Below, in pieces: positions 37,541 to 47,132 of a stretch of DNA of 64,000 bases. The DNA lies in assembly GCA_964352425.1 (NCBI GenBank), contig CAYGRZ010000001.1, positions 672 through 64,671 of the forward strand, written 5' to 3'. Every line of letters starts with the position of its first letter. The first letter of the stretch is position 1. The stretch is from an uncultured Planctomycetia bacterium (GTDB taxonomy: Bacteria; Omnitrophota; Gorgyraeia; 2-01-FULL-45-10). The notes beneath the pieces were generated by a model. It saw nothing but the letters and a program-made list of their open reading frames with translations. It had not been told where the DNA came from and made no database searches. Both the position numbers and the translations under genes were made by a program.

Positions 37541-38491
37541 ATGTTCAGGCCCCAGATAAAGGTAATAGACTGCACGATCCGCGACGGCGGTTTGATGAAT
37601 AAACACGATTTCTCGGACCATTTCGTCCGCGAGACCTACCGCGCCCTTTCGGAGGCAGGCATCGACTACATGGAGATAGGGTACAAAAACTCGAAGAAGC
37701 TCTTCTCAGAAAAAGAGTTCGGAAAATGGAAGTTCTGCGACGACGATCATATACGAAAAATCACAGAGGGCATTACGTCCAACACGAAGATTTCGGTCAT
37801 GGTCGATGTCGGGCGTGTCGATATAGGCGATATCAAGCCCAAGAAGGACAGCCCCGTCGACATGATCCGCGTCGCGTCATATGTAAAAGAGATAGACAAG
37901 GCCATATATCTGGTCAACCACTTTGCCGACAAAGGATATGAGACGACCGTGAATATCATGGCCATTTCGCGGGCGCTCGACAATGAGCTGAACGAGGCGT
38001 TCGAGCAGCTCGAAAAGGAGTGCAAGGCCAACGTGATCTATATCGTCGATTCGTTCGGCTCTCTCTACCAGGAGACGATCGAGTTCCTCATCAAAAAGGC
38101 CAAAAACATCATCAAGTCAAAAGAGATAGGCATGCACGCGCACAATAACCAGCAGCTGGCGTTCGGCAACACGATAGAGGCCATCATTCACAATGCCAAT
38201 TATCTTGACGCCACGGTCTTCGGCCTGGGCAGGGCCGCCGGGAACTGCCCGCTCGAGCTGCTGGTCGGGTTCCTGAAGAACCCGAAGTTCGACATCAGGC
38301 CCATACTCGACCTGATCTCCAGCGAACTGATCCCCTTGAGCAAACAGCTGGAGTGGGGGTATGTCATACCCTACGCGATAACCGGCATGCTTGACGAGCA
38401 CCCGAAGGCGGCGATCGAACTCAGGCAGGGCGCGAAGCGGGAAAACTACAGGGAATTTTACGAAAGCATCAAAAGCAAAGACGTGGATTAA
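37541..38491 (+). CDS. HMGL-like (DRE-TIM) aldolase-family protein
   Basis: DCTIRDGG, YMEIGY, VDSFGS, HAHNN, GLGRAAGN; AAGGAG RBS. Confidence 0.85.
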   Translation: MFRPQIKVIDCTIRDGGLMNKHDFSDHFVRETYRALSEAGIDYMEIGYKNSKKLFSEKEFGKWKFCDDDHIRKITEGITSNTKISVMVDVGRVDIGDIKPKKDSPVDMIRVASYVKEIDKAIYLVNHFADKGYETTVNIMAISRALDNELNEAFEQLEKECKANVIYIVDSFGSLYQETIEFLIKKAKNIIKSKEIGMHAHNNQQLAFGNTIEAIIHNANYLDATVFGLGRAAGNCPLELLVGFLKNPKFDIRPILDLISSELIPLSKQLEWGYVIPYAITGMLDEHPKAAIELRQGAKRENYREFYESIKSKDVD

Positions 38492-38492
38492 G

Positions 38493-39128
38493 ATGGACCT
38501 ACAACGGTTTAAGAAGCTGCCGATACTCGGCATCCTGCGCTGTGAGGGCGATCTTCCCGTAGAAGAGCTGGTCGAAACCGTTGCGGCGTCCGGCCTCGAG
38601 ACGATCGAAGTGGCGATGAATTCCCATAATGCCGCCGCGGTGATCAGGCGCTCGGTTGAGGCGTCGGGCGGCAGGCTGATGATCGGCGCCGGGACGGTCC
38701 TGAACAAGCAGATACTGGAACAGGCGCTGGAGGCCGGCGCCACGTTCGTCGTTATGCCGACGCTCGTCGAAGATGTTGTCGCGGCGTGCGTCCGCGAAAA
38801 GATCCCCGTTTTTCCCGGCGCGCTTACTCCGCAGGAGATATATAATGCCTGGAATGCGGGCGCGACGATGGTCAAAGTCTTTCCCGCCGCCATGTTAGGG
38901 CCCTCGTACATCAAAGAGGTCAAGGCGCCGTTCGACCGGGTCGAGCTCCTGGCCTGCGGTGGCATAACCGCTGAGAACATCAAGACGTACTTCGCCAGCG
39001 GCGCTAGCGCGGTCGCGTTCGGGGCGTCTATCTTCAGGAAAGAGTGGCTCGACAGGAAAAATTTCGCGAATATAGAACGTTCGATAAAGAACCTCATTAA
39101 AGCATGCCCAATAAGACCATCATCCTGA
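38493..39128 (+). CDS. eda: KDPG/KHG aldolase
   Basis: GILR, IEV, IGAGTV, PGALTPQEI, VKVFPA, GGI. Confidence 0.85.
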   Translation: MDLQRFKKLPILGILRCEGDLPVEELVETVAASGLETIEVAMNSHNAAAVIRRSVEASGGRLMIGAGTVLNKQILEQALEAGATFVVMPTLVEDVVAACVREKIPVFPGALTPQEIYNAWNAGATMVKVFPAAMLGPSYIKEVKAPFDRVELLACGGITAENIKTYFASGASAVAFGASIFRKEWLDRKNFANIERSIKNLIKACPIRPSS

Positions 39129-40096
39129 CCGGCCGGGAAATCGAGAGGTGCCTCTCGATGCGGCAGGTCCTTACGATCGTCGAGGCCGCCTTTGCCGCCT
39201 ACGGCCGCGGCAAGGTGCAGATGCCTCCCAAGACCTACCTCCACATCGACAGATACCACGGTGATTTCCGCGCGATGCCCGCGTATATCGAAGGGCTCGA
39301 GGCATGCGGGATCAAGTGGGTAAACGTGCATCCGCACAACCGCCGCCGCGGCCTCCCCTCGATAATGGCCCTGATACTTTTAAGCGACCCGCGGACCGGC
39401 TATCCGCTCGCCGTGATGGACGGCACATATATAACGAACTTCCGCACCGGCGCCGCCGGCGGCCTTGCCGCAAAATATTTTGCGAGGAAGGATTCTTCCC
39501 GCATCGGCCTGGTCGGCTGCGGCGTCCAGGCGTACCACCAGCTGCTTGCCCTGAACGAGATCTTCACCTTACGGCATATATGCGCTTATGACAACGACCG
39601 GCTGCAGCAGGTACGGTTTATCAAAGCGGCGGCTGCGGCCGGGCTCACAGCAGTACCGTCAGGCAGCGTGGCCGAATGCGTCGGGGGCAGGGACATCGTC
39701 GTCACGACAACGCCGTCCAGGAAGCCGATAGTGAAGTCGGCGTGGATCGGCGCCGGGACTCACATCAATGCCGTTGGAGCGGATGCGATAGGTAAACAGG
39801 AGCTTGAAGGGGCCTTGCTGAAGCGGGCAAAGATAGTGGTCGATGATATGGCGCAGGCCTCGCACAGCGGCGAGATAAACGTTCCGATCTCAAAGAGGGT
39901 GATCCGCTCGTCCGATATATATGCGACGCTCGGCGAGGTCATAACGGGCAGTAAGGCAGGCAGGACCTCGAGCAGGGAAATAACGATATTTGATTCGACC
40001 GGCCTGGCGATCCAGGACGTGGCGGTCGCGTCCTATGTCTACAGGAAGGCCCTGCGGTCCCGGCGGACAGTGCGCAAAGTCAGGTTTATCCCATGA
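39104..40096 (+). CDS. Ornithine cyclodeaminase / mu-crystallin family, probably archaeal-type alanine dehydrogenase
   Basis: MPPK.Y, GDFRAMPAY, GIKWVNVHP.N, RTGAAG, GCGVQA, HINAVGAD, FDSTGLAIQD. Confidence 0.85.
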   Translation: MPNKTIILTGREIERCLSMRQVLTIVEAAFAAYGRGKVQMPPKTYLHIDRYHGDFRAMPAYIEGLEACGIKWVNVHPHNRRRGLPSIMALILLSDPRTGYPLAVMDGTYITNFRTGAAGGLAAKYFARKDSSRIGLVGCGVQAYHQLLALNEIFTLRHICAYDNDRLQQVRFIKAAAAAGLTAVPSGSVAECVGGRDIVVTTTPSRKPIVKSAWIGAGTHINAVGADAIGKQELEGALLKRAKIVVDDMAQASHSGEINVPISKRVIRSSDIYATLGEVITGSKAGRTSSREITIFDSTGLAIQDVAVASYVYRKALRSRRTVRKVRFIP

Positions 40097-40908
40097 AACT
40101 GGCAGATGCTCAGTTCACCGTATTCGACGTCGAGACGACGGGGCTCTATCCGTATGCGGGCGACAGGATATGCGAGATAGGCGCTATACGGGTGGGACGG
40201 CGGAAGGCGGCGAGACAGTTCCACGCGCTGGTAAATCCAGGTCGCCCCATATCGGCGGGTGCCTTTGCCGTCAACGGCATAACCGAAGAGATGCTCGAGG
40301 GCAAACCGGCTATCGATGAAATATTGCCGGACTTCATGGAGTTTATCGAGGGGAGCGTCCTCGTCGCGTATAATGCGGGATTCGATCTCGGATTTCTGGA
40401 GTCCGCGCTTGGGCCCGGCAGGAAGGCGCTGGAAGGATACTGTATCATAGACGCGCTCCATCTTGCCCGAAAACTCTTCTCCGGTATAGGGCGATACAAT
40501 CTGGGGTCCGTCGCCGAATCGCTCGGCATCAGGATAACGGCGGAGCACAGGGCGCTCTCCGATGCCTGCATGACGTTGAAGATATTCCGGAAAGAGCTTA
40601 AGTTGCTGAAATCGGACGGCATAGAGACGGTCGAACAGATAGAATGCGTGCGGCCGAAGAGTCGCTCGTCGGCGACGCTCGTCAAGGATTACAAGGTGAC
40701 GCTGATCGAAGAGGCGATACGGCAGCAGAGAAAGCTGAATATCGTCTACCGGTCGTCATGGAATAACAAGCTCACGCGGCGCGCCGTAACGCCGAAGAAG
40801 ATACAATCGGGGTACGACCGCTCGTATCTTGTCGCCCATTGCCACATGAGAGGCCAGGAGAGGGTCTTCAGGCTCGATTGCATAATCGGCATCGATGCAG
40901 AAAAATAG
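40093..40908 (+). CDS. DEDDh 3'-5' exonuclease fused to a C-terminal WYL domain
   Basis: FDVETTGL, YNAGFD, HRALSDA; then IVY...TRRAVTP...YLVAHCH.R...RVFRLD. Confidence 0.88.
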   Translation: MKLADAQFTVFDVETTGLYPYAGDRICEIGAIRVGRRKAARQFHALVNPGRPISAGAFAVNGITEEMLEGKPAIDEILPDFMEFIEGSVLVAYNAGFDLGFLESALGPGRKALEGYCIIDALHLARKLFSGIGRYNLGSVAESLGIRITAEHRALSDACMTLKIFRKELKLLKSDGIETVEQIECVRPKSRSSATLVKDYKVTLIEEAIRQQRKLNIVYRSSWNNKLTRRAVTPKKIQSGYDRSYLVAHCHMRGQERVFRLDCIIGIDAEK

Positions 40909-40965
40909 TTTACACGCACTTTTGTCGGGTGTAGTATACTAGCATATAAAAAAAGGGGGGGCAAT

Positions 40966-41379
40966 ATGATCAAGGACGCGAATCTCGCTAAAGAGATCGT
41001 AGTGACCACCGAGAACAAAGTCGGTGTGCTGGCGGGAATCTCCAAGATGCTGGCGGACCACGGCATCAATATCGAGGGTGTTGCGGGATATGCCGGGCAG
41101 AACAATGAGGCGAAGATCATGCTCGTCGTGGATGATACGCTCCGCGCGCGGGAAGCCATCCAGAAGGCCGGTTACAAGAACATCAAAGAAAATGAAGTGG
41201 TGATCGTCGACCTGCTGAACAAGCCCGGCGCCCTGAAAGGCATCACCGCGATGATGGCCGCCGACAAGATCGACATCAGGTACATCTACGGGACGACGTG
41301 CCCCGAAGGCTGCCCGGCAAGGATCGTACTCTCGACGAACAATAACGAGAGAGCCATAGTCCTGTTCAAGGCGAAATAG
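40966..41379 (+). CDS. Tandem ACT-domain protein
   Basis: NKVGVLA...GINI and NKPGAL...IDI; paralog of 22301..22729; upstream -10-like TAGTAT/TATACT and G-rich SD. Confidence 0.85.
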   Translation: MIKDANLAKEIVVTTENKVGVLAGISKMLADHGINIEGVAGYAGQNNEAKIMLVVDDTLRAREAIQKAGYKNIKENEVVIVDLLNKPGALKGITAMMAADKIDIRYIYGTTCPEGCPARIVLSTNNNERAIVLFKAK

Positions 41380-41447
41380 TCCGTACCGGCCGTTTCAACC
41401 GATTCTTTGCGATACGATGAGCGCGGCTAACGTAAGAAAGGCGCGAT

Positions 41448-43922
41448 ATGAAGAAGTCTATCACCAGCCCCCTGCCGGCCAGGTTCAGCAGGATCTACAA
41501 GGATATGACGAAGGACGGCCTGAGGCTTTCGTTCGTGGCAAACCGCGAATACACGCTCGCCAAGGACAAGTATACCGCCACAACCCACGACGATTACATG
41601 GCGCTTTCGCTCGCGGTCAGGGACAGGATCGTCGAGCGCTGGATAACAACCCAGCAGCGATACCACGACGATAACGCCAAGAGAGTCTATTATTTCTCTC
41701 TGGAGTTCCTGATAGGGCGGCTGCTCGGGACCAATACGCTGAATCTCGGGCTTTACCGGCAGACCGAAGAGGCGATGAACGAGATGGGGCTCGACCTTGA
41801 CAAGCTGCGGGAATGCGAGTCGGACGCCGGCCTGGGCAACGCCGGCCTCGGCAGGCTCGCGGCGTGCTTCCTCGATTCGATGGCGACGCTGGGCATCCCC
41901 GCGCACGGTTACGGCATACGGTACGAATACGGGATATTCAACCAGAAGATCATCAACGGCAACCAGGTCGAATTCCCCGACGAGTGGCTGAGAAAAGGCA
42001 ACCCGTGGGAGTTCCCGCGGCCGGAATATACAATCAGGATCCATTTCGGCGGCCGCACCTATACGAGCCAGGATGACAGCGGACGCCTGCGCGTGCAGTG
42101 GATAGATACCGACGACGTGCTCGCGATGCCGTTTGACATACCGATCGTCGGGTACAAGAACGAAATAGTAAATACGCTCCGGCTCTGGTCGGCGCGGTCG
42201 AGCGACGAATTCGACTTCAGTTATTTCAACAGCGGCGACTACGAACGTGCGGTCTACGATAAGGTCCTCACCGAGAACATCTCGAAGGTCCTCTATCCGA
42301 ACGATAACGTGAGCCAGGGCAGGGAGCTCAGGCTGAAGCAGGAGTACTTTTTCACCGCCGCGTCGCTGGCGGACATCCTGCGCCGCTTCAAGATGGAGAA
42401 CAAGGACTTAAGGGGCCTTCCCGATAAGGCGGCGATACAGCTTAACGACACGCATCCGTCGATCGCGATCCCGGAACTGATGCGGAAATTGGTGGACGAA
42501 GAAGGGATGGGGTGGGACGACGCGTGGGACGTGACCGTCAGGACGTTCGCCTACACCAACCATACGATCATGCCGGAAGCCCTTGAGTGCTGGCCTGTAC
42601 ATATGTTCGAGAATCTCCTGCCGCGTCATCTGCAGATCATCTACGAGATCAACCTGCGCTTTCTTAAAGAGGTATCGGCGAAATTCCCCGGAGACAACGA
42701 CCGGCTGCGGCGGATGTCGCTGATCGAGGAGGGCGACCAGAAAAAGGTGCGGATGGGCAATCTCGCGGTCGTGGGAAGCCATTCAGTGAACGGGGTCTCG
42801 GAGCTGCATTCGGAACTGATCAAGACGACGCTGTTCAAAGACTTCTATGAGTTCACCCCTGAGAAGTTCAATAACAAGACCAACGGCATCACGCAGCGAC
42901 GGTGGCTCGAGAAGGCGAACATGAAACTGTCCGACCTGATCACCGGCGCGATAGGCGAGAAATGGGCGACGGACCTGTATGAGCTGAAAAAGATCCAGCC
43001 GCTGAAGGACGACGCTTCGTTCCGGGAGAAGTGGCAGCGGATAAAGGCGGAGAACAAGAAGAGCCTCGCCGCCTATATACGCAGCACGACCGGCGTCGAG
43101 ATCAATCCCGACTCGCTCTTCGACGTCCAGATCAAGAGGCTCCACGAATACAAGAGGCAGCTCTTATTCAGTTTCTATATAGTATCGCAGTACCTGAAGC
43201 TGAAGAAGAACCCGTCGGCCGGCATCCAGCCGCGGACCTTCATATTCAGCGGCAAGGCCGCGCCCGGATATTTCATGGCGAAGCTGATCATTAAGTTTAT
43301 CACGAGCATGGCCGATGCGATCAATAACGACAGGGCGATCGGCGGCACGCTGAAGGTCGTCTTCCTCGAGAACTACCGCGTCTCACTGGCGGAGAAGATC
43401 TTTCCTGCCAGTGAGCTCTCGGAGCAGATCTCGACCGCCGGCACCGAGGCCTCCGGCACCGGCTGCATGAAGTTCATGGTGAACGGCGCGCTGACGATCG
43501 GCACGTACGACGGCGCGAATATCGAGATGGCCGAAGAGGCGGGGAAGGATAACATATTCATATTCGGGCTTGAGACCGACCAGATACAGAAGATACGTTC
43601 GCGCGGGTATAACCCGATGGCCTATATCGAAGCGTCTCCCATGCTGCGCGAGATATTCAACCTGATAAAGTCAAACTTCCTGTCGCCGGTAGATTTCGGC
43701 CTGTTCGAGCCGATTATCAACAACCTGATGTACACCGATTACTTCTTCGTCTGCGCCGACTTCGACGATTACTGCAGGACGCAGGATATGGTGTCGAAGG
43801 CTTACGCGAACAGGACTGACTGGACGAAGAAGTCGATCATCAACGTGGCAAGGTCGGGAAAATTCTCTTCTGACAGGGCTATCAGGGAATATGCGAAAGA
43901 TATCTGGAAGGTAAGGGCCTAG
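41448..43922 (+). CDS. glgP: Glycogen/starch phosphorylase
   Basis: GLGNAGLGRLAACF, YTNHT, KTNGIT.RRW, IKRLHEYKRQ, EASGTGCMK PLP lysine, FSSDR. Confidence 0.97.
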   Translation: MKKSITSPLPARFSRIYKDMTKDGLRLSFVANREYTLAKDKYTATTHDDYMALSLAVRDRIVERWITTQQRYHDDNAKRVYYFSLEFLIGRLLGTNTLNLGLYRQTEEAMNEMGLDLDKLRECESDAGLGNAGLGRLAACFLDSMATLGIPAHGYGIRYEYGIFNQKIINGNQVEFPDEWLRKGNPWEFPRPEYTIRIHFGGRTYTSQDDSGRLRVQWIDTDDVLAMPFDIPIVGYKNEIVNTLRLWSARSSDEFDFSYFNSGDYERAVYDKVLTENISKVLYPNDNVSQGRELRLKQEYFFTAASLADILRRFKMENKDLRGLPDKAAIQLNDTHPSIAIPELMRKLVDEEGMGWDDAWDVTVRTFAYTNHTIMPEALECWPVHMFENLLPRHLQIIYEINLRFLKEVSAKFPGDNDRLRRMSLIEEGDQKKVRMGNLAVVGSHSVNGVSELHSELIKTTLFKDFYEFTPEKFNNKTNGITQRRWLEKANMKLSDLITGAIGEKWATDLYELKKIQPLKDDASFREKWQRIKAENKKSLAAYIRSTTGVEINPDSLFDVQIKRLHEYKRQLLFSFYIVSQYLKLKKNPSAGIQPRTFIFSGKAAPGYFMAKLIIKFITSMADAINNDRAIGGTLKVVFLENYRVSLAEKIFPASELSEQISTAGTEASGTGCMKFMVNGALTIGTYDGANIEMAEEAGKDNIFIFGLETDQIQKIRSRGYNPMAYIEASPMLREIFNLIKSNFLSPVDFGLFEPIINNLMYTDYFFVCADFDDYCRTQDMVSKAYANRTDWTKKSIINVARSGKFSSDRAIREYAKDIWKVRA

Positions 43923-44635
43923 GCCGATTCCAGCGCGGCGCGCGCGAGGTCTCTGAGCTTCCCAAAATCCCCAGGACCCATCCCCGTGGTCTCAATGGCC
44001 GGCAACACTTTGACCGTTGCGGGCACCTTTGCAGTGAATAGCCACGTCCCCTTCGGGACCGCACCCCAGGTCCCTTCGATAGATATCGGCAGGATCGGGA
44101 CCTTCTCTTTTATGGCGAGTTTGAAAGCGCCGTTCTGGAACTCCCTCATCTCGTCCGTCTCGCTGCGTGTCCCCTCGGGGAAGAAGAGCACCGACATACC
44201 GCCGCGCAGCCAGTGCGCCGCATCGCGGTAGACCTTCTTGATGCTGGAGAACTTGCCGCGTTCGATCTTGATATGTCTGGCGATTGACAGGTTCCAGCCG
44301 ATGAACGGGACGCTGAAGAGGCTGTCCTTGGCGACCCACTTGAACTGCATCCGCGTCTTATACATGACGACGATATCGGCGAGGCTGCGGTGGTTGGCGA
44401 TTATCACGTATGTCCTCTTGTGGTCGATGTTCTCGAGGCCGCTTGCAGCGATGTTCCAGTAGGGATTCAGCGCGACAACCGCGTCTGCCCACCAGAAACA
44501 CTGCGCGTGGGCCCTCCGGCGCTGCCGGTCGAACGGGAAGAGCGCGACCGAGAGACACATGGCAAAGAAGAGGATTATGATGAGAGCTCCCCCGACGGAC
44601 CAAACCATGATTGAGATAAGAGTTTTCCTGATCAT
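43919..44635 (-). CDS. plsC: 1-acyl-sn-glycerol-3-phosphate acyltransferase
   Basis: NHRSLAD and FFPEGTRS motifs; N-terminal TM; start moved to ATG 44635, 7 nt downstream of a -10 box. Confidence 0.88.
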   Translation of the reverse strand: MIRKTLISIMVWSVGGALIIILFFAMCLSVALFPFDRQRRRAHAQCFWWADAVVALNPYWNIAASGLENIDHKRTYVIIANHRSLADIVVMYKTRMQFKWVAKDSLFSVPFIGWNLSIARHIKIERGKFSSIKKVYRDAAHWLRGGMSVLFFPEGTRSETDEMREFQNGAFKLAIKEKVPILPISIEGTWGAVPKGTWLFTAKVPATVKVLPAIETTGMGPGDFGKLRDLARAALESA

Positions 44636-44641
44636 AGGCAT

Positions 44642-44719
44642 ATGATAAAGTACCTTTAATCTATTGTCAATATCTTCCGATATAAAGTAGTTTGAAATTT
44701 GCGGATTTTGGGATATAAT
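44642..44719. promoter_or_regulatory. Divergent sigma70 promoters for plsC (-) and the 44728 gene (+)
   Basis: Minus: TTGACA (44670-44665), 17 nt, TATCAT (44647-44642). Plus: TTGAAA (44692-44697), 16 nt, TATAAT (44714-44719). Confidence 0.7.
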
Positions 44720-44727
44720 CTTTCCAT

Positions 44728-45381
44728 ATGACAAAGCTGACGACAAAATCACTGGCCGGTATCGAGCGCAGGATGGAAGAGTCCGGCGGCGACCCTATCA
44801 GGCGCAGGATCCTGGAGTGCGCAAAGAATTTCAAGACCTCATGGATCGATCTCGGCCAGGCCCTTTATTCGGCCTGGAAGGATAAGCCGTATAGGCAATG
44901 GGGGTACATGACGTTCGAGGCCTATACGGCCAAGGAGATAGGCATAAAGAGACCGACGGCGATGAAGCTGCTGAAGTCCTATTATTTCCTGGAGAAGGAG
45001 GAGCCGGTGCTGCTGCAGAAGGAGCGCTCCGAAGATGCCGACGCTGCTGCCGTACCGAGCTACGAATCCGTCAACCTGCTGCGGCTTGCGAAAAACAAGA
45101 AGACGCTCGACGATGATGACTACCGCGCGCTGAAGCGCGACGTGTTCCAGGGCGGGAAGGATGCCGGTGACGTCCGGAAGAGCCTGACGAGCATCATGCG
45201 GCAGCGGGAAGAACTCGATCCGGAGGAAGCACGCCTGAAGCGCAGGACTGCGATGCTAAAGCGGTTCATCGCGACGCTGAAAGCGCTCAAGACGGAGGCC
45301 GAGCTGGCGAAGATGCTGCCGCAGGCAATATTGAAAGAGGCGTCGCAGCTGATAGCGAAGCTGGAATCCGAGATAGGCTAA
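44728..45381 (+). CDS. Hypothetical helical protein with possible HTH-like DNA-binding region
   Basis: SWIDLGQAL...WGYMTFEAYTAKEIGIKRPTAMKLL; coiled-coil-like C-terminus. Confidence 0.7.
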   Translation: MTKLTTKSLAGIERRMEESGGDPIRRRILECAKNFKTSWIDLGQALYSAWKDKPYRQWGYMTFEAYTAKEIGIKRPTAMKLLKSYYFLEKEEPVLLQKERSEDADAAAVPSYESVNLLRLAKNKKTLDDDDYRALKRDVFQGGKDAGDVRKSLTSIMRQREELDPEEARLKRRTAMLKRFIATLKALKTEAELAKMLPQAILKEASQLIAKLESEIG

Positions 45382-45434
45382 GCCCAACAAGTCCGGACGG
45401 GGCATTCTAACGGAGTGAGGACGGGAGCCGCGCG

Positions 45435-46160
45435 ATGGATAATATAAAATTGCCGCCTAGTACCAGAGAGTCCTTGCGACTGTTCGTCGGCAGGCTGCAG
45501 GCGGTGTACGGGGGCGATTTGGTCTCGGTCGTCCTGTACGGCAGCGCTGCCAGCGGCGAGTTCGCCGACAGGCACTCGAACGTCAACGTGATGGTCGTCC
45601 TGAACGACACGGCCCTCCCGAGCCTCGCCAGAGCGCACCCCATCGTCACCGCACGGAAGTTCCGCATGATAAGCCCTGTCTTTTTCACCGAAGAGTATAT
45701 AGCCGGCTCCACCGATGTGTTCCCGATCGAGTTCCTCGACATCAAAGAAAATTATACGATACTTTTCGGTAAGGATATCGTCAAAGACATACGGATCGAT
45801 ACGAAGAACCTGCGGTTCCAGTGCGAGCAGGAGCTGAAGTCAAAGATCATATACATAAGGAAGCAGTACCTCGCCACGGCCGATATAAAGGCGCTTGAAC
45901 ACCTGCTGTTCAAATCATTCACGTCATCGCTCCATATCCTCCGCAATATCGTGAGGCTCAAAGGTGTACAACCGCCGTATCTGAAAGAAGATATCTTAAG
46001 CGACGTCGAGGCCCATTTCGGTGTCGATACGACAGTCTTCAGCGAGATCCTCTGGGCGAAGAACAAGAATATGGCACTTGAGCCAAAAGATATCGATTCG
46101 CTGCTCGCAGGGCTGGTCAAAGAGCTGGAAAGCATCTCCGGCGTCGTCGATAAAATGTGA
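45435..46160 (+). CDS. Nucleotidyltransferase-fold protein with degenerate catalytic motif
   Basis: SVVLYGSAASG...SNVNVMVV (GS..DxD is NxN); DVFPIEFLDI; LRFQCEQELK. Confidence 0.8.
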   Translation: MDNIKLPPSTRESLRLFVGRLQAVYGGDLVSVVLYGSAASGEFADRHSNVNVMVVLNDTALPSLARAHPIVTARKFRMISPVFFTEEYIAGSTDVFPIEFLDIKENYTILFGKDIVKDIRIDTKNLRFQCEQELKSKIIYIRKQYLATADIKALEHLLFKSFTSSLHILRNIVRLKGVQPPYLKEDILSDVEAHFGVDTTVFSEILWAKNKNMALEPKDIDSLLAGLVKELESISGVVDKM

Positions 46161-46166
46161 TGGCGG

Positions 46167-47072
46167 ATGAATAGAAAAACCCCGATCCTGCTCCTGGCGT
46201 GCCTTCTTCTATTGTGCGCGAGATCTGCCGCGAAAGAGGATGTGCCGCACGCCCCCACAGGGTGGGTGAATGACTACGCGGGCGTCATCCCCGATGAATT
46301 CCGCCAGAAGCTGACAGGCCTTATACGCGAAGTCGAGCAGAAGACCTCTGCCGAGATCGCGGTCGTGGCCGTGGAGTCTATCGCGCCGTATGATGAGAAT
46401 AGCTATGCGCGGATGATCTTTGATACATGGAAAATAGGGAAGAAGGGCAAGGATAACGGCGTGCTCATCCTGCTGGCAGTCAAGGAGCGGCGCTGGAGGA
46501 TTGAGGCGGGCTATGGCATTGAGGGCATTCTCCCTGACGGGCTGTGCGGCCAGATAGGCCGAGCCGCCATGGTCCCTTATTTTAAAGAAGGCAAATACGG
46601 CGAAGGCCTGTATAGCGGCACGGCGGCGCTCGCGGCGCTTATCGCGAAAGATTCCGGTGTCACGCTTGACTCACTTGCGGGATTAAAGGTAAGCGGGCCA
46701 ACCGATGGAAATGCCCCCCACGACGCATCGGGGATGTTCATATTTTATTTATTCCTTCTTATCTTCTTCTCGGTGTGGAATCTGCCGTGGCCGATCTATA
46801 TAGGGCTGCCGTTCACGCTCTTCTTCGCGTTTGCGCTATATTTATTTTCACCTGTAGCGACGGTCGTAGTTATCGTCGCGTACATGATTTCGATCATCAT
46901 GCGGCTCAACTACTGGAGCAAGCTTCCGAAGCATAAGCGGCCGAGTTTTATCGGTTTCCAGACCTTCGGCGGGACGATCAGTTCAGGGGGGTGGTCAGGC
47001 GGCGGTGGCTTCGGCGGCGGTGGCTTCGGCGGAGGGGGCGGAGGCGGCGGTGGCGCCGGCGGGGGTTTTTAA
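46167..47072 (+). CDS. TPM-domain membrane protein with Gly-rich tail
   Basis: VNDYAGV, EIAVV, WKIG.KG.DNGVLIL, RIE.GYGIEG.LPD; TM helices; GGGGFGGGGFGG tail. Confidence 0.9.
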   Translation: MNRKTPILLLACLLLLCARSAAKEDVPHAPTGWVNDYAGVIPDEFRQKLTGLIREVEQKTSAEIAVVAVESIAPYDENSYARMIFDTWKIGKKGKDNGVLILLAVKERRWRIEAGYGIEGILPDGLCGQIGRAAMVPYFKEGKYGEGLYSGTAALAALIAKDSGVTLDSLAGLKVSGPTDGNAPHDASGMFIFYLFLLIFFSVWNLPWPIYIGLPFTLFFAFALYLFSPVATVVVIVAYMISIIMRLNYWSKLPKHKRPSFIGFQTFGGTISSGGWSGGGGFGGGGFGGGGGGGGGAGGGF

Positions 47073-47077
47073 ATAGG

Positions 47078-47098
47078 GTACATCGTACTTCGTACATT
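47078..47098 (+). repeat. 3x heptamer tandem repeat (GTACWTY), intergenic
   Basis: GTACATC GTACTTC GTACATT. Confidence 0.6.
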
Positions 47099-47132
47099 GC
47101 CAACGCTGTGTGAAATATAAAGGAGGTGCGGC

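Noticed and set aside
47001-47069. GGC-rich repeats at the end of the TPM gene
   Set aside because: Normal Gly-rich tail of this family, in codon phase.
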